Part shown: piece after piece, positions 53,681-64,000 of the stretch
Position numbering within the stretch: position 1 is the stretch's first letter
Layout: each line of letters begins with the position of its first letter
From: Chrysomallon squamiferum
Taxonomy: Eukaryota > Animalia > Mollusca
Length of the DNA stretch: 64,000 nucleotides
Direction: 5' to 3'
Assembly: GCA_012295275.1 (NCBI GenBank)
Contig: CM022665.1
Coordinates: 6,758,001-6,822,000, forward strand
The notes under the pieces: model-generated
Seen by the model: only the letters and a program-made list of their open reading frames with translations
Databases searched by the model: none
What the model was told of the DNA's origin: nothing
Made by a program: the position numbers and the translations under genes

Positions 53681-54581
53681 TCTATTTTGTGTTGAAACTG
53701 GTCATTTCTGAATGTAGCTGAATGCTAATTTTTCGACACCTTCGCAAAAGTTAAATTATTGTTTGTATCGATAAAAAAATATGTCCATTTTCTGTTATGT
53801 TACTAAAAGTTGACAAGTGGCACCATCAAAACCTTTTATTGCTATCAGAAAATAATTATATATATAATTGTATCCAGATATTAAAAAAAAAAAAAAAAAA
53901 AAATTAGTAACTTTCCATATTGATAGTCATATGAAAACAAAACAATATCGCTTTATAATGACAATAATGCATAAAGATATATTTTTAAAATTATTAATAA
54001 TAATATTAATTATTATTTTTAATTTTTTTTTTAATTTTTTTTTTGTGACCAGGGATAAAAATATTAAATTAGCATTATGGTTATCCAAAGGTGAGGGGGG
54101 ATTTAAACCTTAATACTGTGTCAGTTTTCCTTTCACCAGTGAAATACTCAAATTCGGTATTTTATATGCATTATAATATATATAACATTTATTTTGAGTT
54201 CATATATAAACTGAAGTAGACAGTATGATGCAATAAAACTGATATTAATAGAACAATTACTTGAATTAGTAGCAAAATATTGCTCCAAGCATTTATTAAA
54301 TGTGTCTAAATAATATATTTAATTTCATAAAGTAATAAACAAAAAAATACTTTAACATATTTATTTACTCGGATGACTACAGAAAGCAACAAAATGTTTA
54401 GTGTAATTGCAGTCATTATTTCTCAAAAAATCTCTTGTGCATTGTAGTGAATACAGCTAATTTATCATTATAATTTTTTAATTGTATAAAATTTCCTGCA
54501 CATTGTTAGTTACAAATCACCTTTTTAACATCTTTTAGTTACTTGCAAATTTAAAAAAAGACACCCTCCCAAAAAGAAAAA

Positions 54582-54583
<2 letters not shown>

Positions 54584-54617
<34 letters not shown>
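54584..54617. repeat. (CA)n microsatellite in XPO1 intron 1
   Basis: Direct run. Confidence 0.95.
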
Positions 54618-54619
<2 letters not shown>

Positions 54620-55521
54620 AAAAAAAACCATCAAATCTATTGTAAATATAAATTAATTATTAATTTTTTTTTTTTTTACTTGACTTGAAAATTAATTTTA
54701 TTTCCAAATTTAGATGAGGCATCTATAAAGGTTTTTGGAGAATATGCATGAAATAATTAATACTGAAGAATATGGTAATTGATTAGCAGTTTCCATGTAA
54801 ACTTAAGCACACAAGGTATGCACAACATTATACATTTCTCCCTATATGCATACAGGAATTTGTTTTATACATCTAATGGATATATCTACTGAAAATAAAT
54901 AAACTGGTGTTAGTATATATAAACATAAAACAAATTTTAAAAGATAGGTTACGATGAATTCTGACATTTCTATCCATGTTTTTTATCATTTATGAGACTA
55001 ATGTATTAGGCTTTTATATATGATGTAGGCACAAAAGCTAGTAACTACACATGTTATTTAAAACAAAACAACAACATTCTAAATGTTGTTTTTGCAACCA
55101 TTAACTAAAATCAAGAAATTTGGTTTGGCATAAAAACCAGTAAACACTTCAGTGAATGATGTAAAATTAACATTCCTAAATTGAAATATTCTGATAACCT
55201 TGCCGATCAAAACCACTTACCTCTGCTAGTAAAAGTGTAAAACCATACTAGTAAATCATACTGAAATTATCAAACTATTTATTTTGCTGTAACTGCAATC
55301 AGTTCTATGAAATTGCTTGATACATGTTCACAGATTTTTTTGTTTGGAATTTCTCACAGAACAGTACTTAACTGAGGAAGAAAATTGTTGATTAAATTTC
55401 TTCAGTAATCATTTACAACAATTTCGAGACATTTGTTTAATTTGCTACAATCTTGTTTTCAGGTTACATACTCACATAAGGATTGGCCACCATTAATGTG
55501 CTGCATATTGTTATTGTGACA

Positions 55522-58500
55522 ATGAGTACTCTGACAGAGCATGCATCCAAACTGTTGGACTTCAACCAGAAGTTGGACATTCAGCTGCTGGACAATGTTG
55601 TCACTTGCATGTATCAGGGAGATGGGCCCCAGGTAAAAAAAAAAAATCCCTTTTCATTTAATCATTTTGATTAATTATCATAATATTCAGTACTTTGTGT
55701 TCGGATTATTTTAATTAAAAAAAAGAACAACAACAAGCTAAACCAAGTAATAAATTTATAGTTAAATGTAATTCATGAAAATAATGTTAATTTTTTGGAA
55801 CACAATAAAGTATGGCATACATGGCCAGATGAATAATAAACCTGTGTATTTTAGCAACAACGCATGGCACAAGATGTACTTACCTCCCTGAAAGAGCACC
55901 CTGATGCCTGGACAAGAGTAGACACAATTTTGGAGTTCTCCAGCAATCAACAAACAAAATATTATGCTCTTCAGATATTGGAAAATGTCATTAAAACAAG
56001 GTGGAAAGTGCTGCCAAGACCACAGTGTGAAGGTAAAACATTCATATAATTACGTTGTATATTAAAATCTTGGAATTTGTTCTTATGTTGTAGTGCTTTT
56101 TAAAGCATTCTGACATTAATATTTAAAAAAAACACATGAAAAAACATTGAATTCTGTAATTTTAAATGTTATCTTCTTGCATGGGATACTAAATTTTCAT
56201 TAAAACAATTTAAAAAAAAAAAATTTGTATCATTTATAAACAAATATTTTGAAGATTGTCTTGAGCTCTTTTTTCATTTTTGGATACCTTGCAGGTATCA
56301 AGAAATACATTGTTGGTCTCATCATTAAAACATCATCAGATGCACTAACACTGGAAAGAGAAAAAGTTTATCTTGGAAAACTGAACATGATCTTAGTACA
56401 GGTATATTGTTTTATTATTGATCTATTATATAATTTATGTTTTATAATATTTTAAAAAGAAATGTCAAATGATTACTTATACATGTAAAATTTCATTGTG
56501 TGTTACACCCCTGGTCAAGAATATCTATTAACATAAATAAAACTTATTTTTTTTCTTTTTCGGACACCATTTTTCTTTTATTCCTTAGGAAAATGTATTA
56601 ATGTTTTCATTATTTAAAAATGCTAATTCTTTTCAGATTTTGAAATATGAATGGCCAAGAAATTGGCCTTCATTTATTGGTGATATTGTTGGAGCAAGCA
56701 AAACAAATGAATCTCTCTGTCAAAACAACATGACAATTCTCAAACTTCTGAGGTATAATTAGTATCAGATTTTTATATTCACAATTTAGATAATTTGCTT
56801 GATGTCTATTCTTTTTGATTTATGAAATTAAAAAAACCCACAAAGCATTTATACAAGTTAAAATCTAAACTGACATATTTTGAATATGTATAGATCTTTT
56901 CTTTTTTGCTCCATGTTTAATATTAATTTCATTTAAAAAGTAAAAAAAATCCCAGTCAGTGTATTCATTTATAGTGTTTTATTTTTAAAATAAATTTCCT
57001 TAAAGATGACTAATGGAATGTGTTTTATAATTTCAGTGAAGAAGTGTTTGATTTTTCAAGTGGTCAGATGACACAAGCAAAAGCCAAACATTTGAAAGAT
57101 ACAATGTGCAGTGAATTCTCTCAGATTTTCCAGTTGTGTCAGTTTGTTATGGTATGAAGGAACATTGTTTACACATCCAAATGTTGGATTTTGAATCTTT
57201 GGATAAATTAAAAACTTTCAAAAACAACTAAATTTGTTTTAGGAACAAATTTAAAGCTGAACAAGGTTAATACATACTAAATATATTAGTATTTTATTTT
57301 GAACATTAGTATTTGTGGAGTTAACCACATTTTACATGTGGTGGTGAAACGAAATTTGATGAATATATGATTATATATATATTTATTTTATAATGGCTAA
57401 TATTATAATGAAATTTATTCAGGATAATTCTCAAAATGCTCCACTGGTTGGTTCAACATTGGAAACCTTGCTCAGGTTTCTTAACTGGATTCCACTTGGA
57501 TACATCTTTGAGACCAAGCTCATAACCACTTTAATTTACAAGGTAGTATTGTTTTCTTTGTTTTGTTATTGTTAACCTTTTTTTGTTTATATATGTATCA
57601 ATTTTTATTTAGTTTTTGTGAGTGATTAACATCTGATGGTTGTAGAGAGAGTATCACAAAAGGATGACATGAAATATTTTTCATTTTGCTATATAATTTG
57701 GTTATTCTATTTATAGTCTGTATTATAAATTAAAATACATTATCACAATTCCAGTGATTTAAGTTTTGTTTTTGTTTTTCAGTTTTTAAATGTCCCCATG
57801 TTCAGAAATGTTACTATGAAGTGTTTGACTGAAATAGGTAAAAAAACATTTTTCATTAAATAAATTGGTTATGACTTAAGTAATTGATTGACTTGAAGGG
57901 AAATTGTCTGAAATATACATTCATTTATTGTGGTATATGATTATGAATTAAATTTAAATGTTATGAATAATAGATTTCTTCTAAATGAACATTAAAGGAT
58001 GAAGATGTTTTTTTTTTTTTTTTGCATAGGAGAATATGTTATATTTTTATTATTAGCTTTGGCTCAAATTTATTTATGTATTTATTTATTTTAGCTGGTG
58101 TCCAGGTTTCACAAATTTATGATGAACAGTTTTTGCAGCTGTTCACATTAGCTATGAACCAACTGAAACAGGTAATAAGCATATTCCTAATGTATGTATT
58201 TGATATATTTCTTTGCACAATGAAGTAAGGGCGATCTCAAATTTTGGATGTTATCATTATTCACATCTTTGTAAATATAGTGTATATTCTTCAGTATTTT
58301 GTGAAATAAACAAAAGCTGGAGCATTTAGGAAGCAAATTGTAATTTCTTTTGTACAATTAAGGCACTATTCAAATATTTTAACTAGATCTAAAAATCAAA
58401 ACGGATAGCTGCTCTAATGACAGTCTATTATTAAAGCTTGTCGTATAAAAATATCAGTAGGATTTATTGTAAATATTTTTAATTTGTAGATGTTGCCTGT

Positions 58501-61500
58501 GGATACAAATATTAGAGAGGCATACCAACGTGGAACAGATGATGAACAGAATTTTATTCAGAACTTGAGCTTATTTTTATGTACTTTCTTGAAAGAACAT
58601 GCACAGCTCATAGAGAAAAAAATTGACTTGCATGTATTGCTGATGGAGGTAAATAAAGTGATGGTTTTATGTATTGTTTAGTTGGGACATTCAGAATTAA
58701 ATATTTTAATGCATATTTTTTCTTCATTTAATTTTTAAAAAAATGAAAATTGCTTGGCAATAATCAGAAGTTTATGTGTTTCAGGCCCTTTGCTTGTTAA
58801 TTGCTAAATTTAAAACAGTGTGTATATGGCTAATTTTTTTTTCTAAATCTGCTTCACAGGCTGTTGGATATCTGATAAAAATATCTGAAGTTGAAGAAGT
58901 TGAAATATTTAAGATATGCCTGGAGTACTGGAATTCATTATCAGCAGAACTCTATCGAGAGAGTCCATTTTCAACAAGCACCAGTTCTCTCATCATTGGT
59001 AAAACACACACAGAATTGCCTGTTCGGAGGCAAATGTACAATCCAGTATTAACAAAGGTAAAACTTTATTGTTATTGTTATTGTTATTAATCTGTTAAGC
59101 AGCAGAGAAAATATATATATATTCCCAAAATACCTAAAGATTTTCACATGGTTGCTTGAATCAAAACTGACATTCATTAAATCAGATACTATGATTTTAC
59201 AGATATTCCAAGTTTGGTTTATGAAATATCAGAACAATCAACTGAAAGAAAGATAAATCCTCGTTATTTTGACTTTGTTATGTCATGATTTTACAGTTTA
59301 AAACATTGCACTGGCAGAACAGTTGGTATAGACTCTACAGTATTTACTTTGTTGCTGTACTGAGTCAGCTGAACATTTGAAACTTTATATAATAAAATTA
59401 GCAGTGGTAGTATAAAAAAAAAAAAAAAAAAAAAATGGCTTCTGAAAGTTATGTGTTGAGAATGACTTTTCATTGACCTTTTGCTTTCTTTTAAAACTCT
59501 GAATTTTTCATATGCTATTAACTTGTAATGATAACACTAAGAATATATTTTTTAATTAAATTTTTTAGATGAGAGTTGTGATGATCTCTAGGATGGCCAA
59601 GCCTGAAGAAGTGTTGGTTGTTGAAAACGATCAAGGTGAAGTGGTTCGTGAATTCATGAAAGACACAGATTCTATTAACCTGTACAAAAACATGAGAGAA
59701 ACATTGGGTAAATAAAAATTTGCTATTTTAAAAAAAATTTAATACATAAAAGTAAAAATGAAAGTATCAGGTTATTTTTTTTTTTATGTTATTTTTTAAG
59801 TTGATGAATTGAATAATTGTTTACCACATATGGTTTTAAAAAGTCAAAACATTTTCATTTGTTTATTTGCCTTGATGTATAATTTTTTTGTTTTGTTATC
59901 TAGTAGGACAGAGGAAAATTTCCTTTATAATTTAGAATATATTGGAAATGAAATTGATCTTTTTGTAGTATTTTAAAAATACTTTTCAATTTTATTTTTA
60001 AAAAACATTTTATCATCTGGTATATATTTGTTTCAGTGTATCTCACACATCTGGATTACACAGATACAGAAAATATCATGACAGAAAAATTGCACAATCA
60101 AGTCAATGGCAAAGAATGGTCATGGAAGAACTTGAATACAGTAAGTATATGATTTTTTTTATTATTGTGAGTTTCTCTGCATTTGTGTATTATTTATTTA
60201 TTCTTATTTTTCTCTTACATTAAATTTGTTTTATTTTAGTGAGTAGGCCCTTTTGCAAGGCATTTAATGTATAAGTTATAAAGTTAGATAATCATTCTCT
60301 TTTTAGTTGTGTTGGGCAATAGGATCCATCAGTGGAGCAATGCATGAAGATGATGAAAAGCGATTTCTAGTCACTGTCATCAAAGTAAGTGTTTTTTTCT
60401 TTTTTAACTAACAAAATATATTCTGAGAAAGAAACTGTTCAAATGCACCATTTAATTTATTTTCAGAGTAATTATGTTTGTTACACGTATTGTTCAAATA
60501 TATAAACATTATCAATTAATTTATTTCTTTTATAATATTCCTTAATTTAAAAAAAAAAATGTATTTGATACAATACATTTTTATAAACAATCTGATTTAT
60601 GTAAATGAAATTTGTTTTCAGGATTTGTTAGGTCTGTGTGAACAAAAGCGAGGCAAAGACAATAAAGCTATCATTGCATCAAACATCATGTATGTTGTTG
60701 GACAGTACCCTCGATTCCTGAGAGCGCACTGGAGATTCCTCAAAACTGTGGTCAACAAACTATTTGAGTTTATGCATGGTAAATACTCTTGTTGAAATAT
60801 TTAATTATTAGAATTTAAGATTTAGTTTCCTCATTATCATGAATAGTGGAAAAATGAAATCTCACAAAAATAATATATTTTCTTTAATGACATTTTAAGT
60901 AAAATAATATAAAATGGTTATTATTTGTTAACAGGATGCTTTTGATAATTTCCTGAAAATTGGTCTAATTCAAATTACATTTAATGTTTTTTTCAACATC
61001 CATATTTTTTTAACAGAAACTCATGATGGGGTGCAAGATATGGCATGTGACACGTTCATAAAAATTGCCCAGAAATGTAGAAGGCATTTTGTTCAAGTTC
61101 AGGTTGGAGAAGTTATGCCATTTATTGAAGAAATTCTTAATGGAATAAACACAATCATATGTGATCTGCAACCACAACAGGTCAGTATAATGAAATAAAC
61201 TGAAAGAGCCTGTAATACAGATCTGTATTAAATTGTAAAATACTTGAAGCTACTCTTCCCAAAACAGTTTAGGCGACGGGACATGTTATTTTTTTTAAAT
61301 TTAAGTCATTATTTATTCTTTGTTATTTTATGTTATGTTTTTTTAATGATTCAGTATTAAAATGTGTGAGAGGTAAACAAATATTGAAACTTGAGTTAGA
61401 TTTTTTTGACTATTCTTTAATTTAATTTGCATTTTTGTTAATTTGTACAGGTGCACACATTTTATGAGGCTGTTGGTTTCATGATTAATGCACAGACTGA

Positions 61501-63924
61501 TCAGATAGCACAAGAACATCTGATAGAACGTTACATGTTGCTACCAAATCAAGTCTGGGATGGAATTATTAATCAAGCTACACAGGTTTGTAATATGCAT
61601 TGGTTGACATGTACTCTGTGAGTAGCATGTCAAAAATTTTGAATTTATTAATTTTCACTTGCTCTTGCTTGCTTTAATAGAACATAGGCATCAAAGTGTA
61701 TGTGTAATGTTGAACCTTATATACTCTTTTGTGGCTCACAAGTGATAGGGATTTAAAAAGATTTCCCCACTTCTTTTTTATTGTGCACAAATGCTGCTTT
61801 TCTATGTGTATTTCATTATTGTTTTCAGAATGTTGAGGTTTTAAAAGATCCAGATGCTGTTAAACAGCTTGGGAACATTTTAAAGACAAATGTGAGAGCA
61901 TGCAAAGCACTGGGACATCCATATGTTGTTCAGGTAAAAATTCAGAAGAGGTTATTATTTGTTGTTGGAAAGGAAAATTTATCCATAGATAACGTTCAAC
62001 TTATTATTATGGTTATTATTTTTTATTATTTTTCTATTATTTTTTTTTATTTATGTAAGAGTAAGATATTAGGCAGCATTTATTAGTGGATTTGGAAAAA
62101 GAAGCACCTGAAGTTGTAAAATGATTTTTTCAAAATTTAGAAAAAAAATTCTTATTTTACAATTGTACTAAATAGCTCTATAAAAGGTGTTGGATAAAAA
62201 CTGTTTAATATTGATTAAATTATTAATTATATTTCAGTTGGGTCGCATTTACCTGGATATGTTAAATGTGTACAAAGTGATGAGCGAGAATATCAGCAGT
62301 GCTATTGCCACCAATGGGGAAAGTGTGACCAAGCAACCACTCATTCGAAGCATGCGAACAGTCAAAAAGGAAACACTGAAACTGATATCGGGATGGGTTA
62401 GCCGCTCCAGTGATCCACAAATGGTTTGTGTTATTTTTATTTGTGCCATAGTGGGGGAAAAAAGGTGAAATAAAATGGTAATAGTCTCAGAATTGGTTTC
62501 ATATAGTTATTACCAGATGTATAGTTATGTAACCTTAACTACATAAAATACAGATAGATAATTTGTATTCATGTTGGGAAAATTAAAGAAGTAGTCCAGT
62601 GGAAAATGAGAAGGTTTAAATATATGATGGGATACAATGTGATCATTAACAATTTACATTAGAACTGTTTTAATGGTGTGAAGGTTTTTTTTTTTTTTCA
62701 TCAGGTTGCTGAAAACTTTATCCCACCCCTTTTGGATGCTGTGCTTTTAGATTACCAGCGAAATGTTCCGGCTGCCAGAGAACCAGAAGTACTTAGCACC
62801 ATGGCAACCATAGTTAACAGATTAGAGGTACATTCTAACGAATTTACACTTTTCAGTTAACAAAATGAGTAACCTTGCACATTAATGTTACATCAAATGA
62901 TTTTACTTAATAACTCATTGATAATTAAATGTTGTTGGTTTTCCTTTTTACTATCATTTTGTCTATCTAATTTTAAAACATTTTGATTATTCTTTTTTTC
63001 AGAACCACATTGCAAAAGATATTCCACAAATATTTGATGCAGTCTTTGAATGTACACTTACCATGATAAATAAGGTAAATTATGTTTATTTTGAGAAAAT
63101 ATTTTAATATAATTTCTTAATGAATTTTAAAAAACATTTATAACTGAATTTAGCAGAAGTTTTCAAATCCTTTAATTTTAGACTATACTACATGTCAAAT
63201 AACAATCATTAAAAAAAAAATAATAATAATAAAAACTTAAATAATTATTTCATTTTATTTTTATGTTATTTATTATAATTGTTTTGGGGGTTTTTTCATT
63301 ATTAATTTTTTTATGTTAATGTAACAGTGAATGTAGCTTAATTAAATCATTATCATTTCTATTTTCAGGACTTTGAAGAATATCCAGAACACAGGACTAA
63401 TTTCTTCCTCTTGTTACAAGCTGTAAATTCTCACTGTTTTCAAGGTTTTTATTTCATTATTTTTTAAAATAAAATATTCTTTACACAGACCTCATGTTTA
63501 AGCAGTGGATATGCCCATAATACATATCGGTTATGTGTAAGACATAATTATTCAGATATACTCTTTTATTTCTCAAAATTAAACATTAATTGTCATATTA
63601 TAGAAGTAATTTTATAATTTCTGAATGGAAAGATGTTTATAATATGTTACTGAAGATTATACATTTCTTAATTTTCATGTTTATTTTTATTTATAGCTTT
63701 GCTAAATATTCCTTCTGCACAGTTCAAACTTGTTCTGGATTCTATTATCTGGGCATTCAAACACACAATGAGGAATGTTGCTGATACTGGTCTGGACATT
63801 TTGTATGTCCTGTTACAAAACATAGCCCAGGAAGAAAATGCTGCACAAAGCTTCTATCAGACCTACTTCACTGATATTCTTCAACACTTATTTTCTGTTG
63901 TTACAGACAGTTCTCATACAGCAG
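55522..63924 (+). CDS. XPO1: Exportin-1 / CRM1 (3' end beyond the window)
   Basis: 22 coding exons in the window: 55522-55632, 55855-56032, 56295-56401, 56637-56752, 57037-57151, 57423-57542, 57783-57837, 58095-58171, 58490-58648, 58860-59057, 59569-59707, 60037-60140, 60307-60384, 60622-60778, 61017-61180, 61451-61585, 61829-61933, 62238-62423, 62705-62827, 63003-63074, 63369-63444, 63697-63924. Signature peptides [50 protein letters not shown]. Confidence 0.98.
59281..59378 (+). ncRNA. Candidate intronic H/ACA-like small RNA
   Basis: Weak hairpin, AGAACA (ANANNA, 59316-59321), hairpin (cagttg/cagctg, tacagta/tgctgta), then ACA-ttt (59373-59378). Short for the class; no target identified. 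Confidence 0.2.
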
Positions 63925-64000
63925 GTAAATAAATAACTGATATTGTGTTAGTTAAAAAGATTGTAAATATTATTACCTAATTCATTTGTAGTTAAATTCT

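Noticed and set aside
59304-59325. miR-25/92-like seed CATTGCAC
   Set aside because: Seed-only match with no precursor hairpin pairing this arm.

Overview
AT-rich, intron-containing animal genomic DNA, probably molluscan (inferred from SINE relics, gene sequences and intron sizes). It is not prokaryotic, and most short ORFs in the supplied track are noise. Right half (30.7-64 kb): four protein-coding genes reconstructed exon by exon with consistent GT-AG phases: COQ6 (-, 12 exons, 463 aa), FAM161 (+, 5 exons, 733 aa), a ZNF410 orthologue (-, 7 coding exons, 646 aa) and XPO1/CRM1 (+, runs off the window). Their order and orientation combine two human neighbourhoods (ZNF410-FAM161B-COQ6 and FAM161A-XPO1). 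Left half (0.1-29.7 kb): an apparent long multi-exon, probably non-coding + strand transcription unit. It has a CpG-rich start, unique 5' exons, a terminal exon with AATAAA, and a 23.6-kb tandem array of 1.5-1.75 kb units arranged as a ~4.98-kb three-unit higher-order repeat. Each unit carries several short exon-like cassettes with an unusual shared 3' splice-site design (G-run, GTAAY, short spacer, YAG). This spliced repeat-array locus is the most novel-looking element. Its transcription and function are inferred, not shown.
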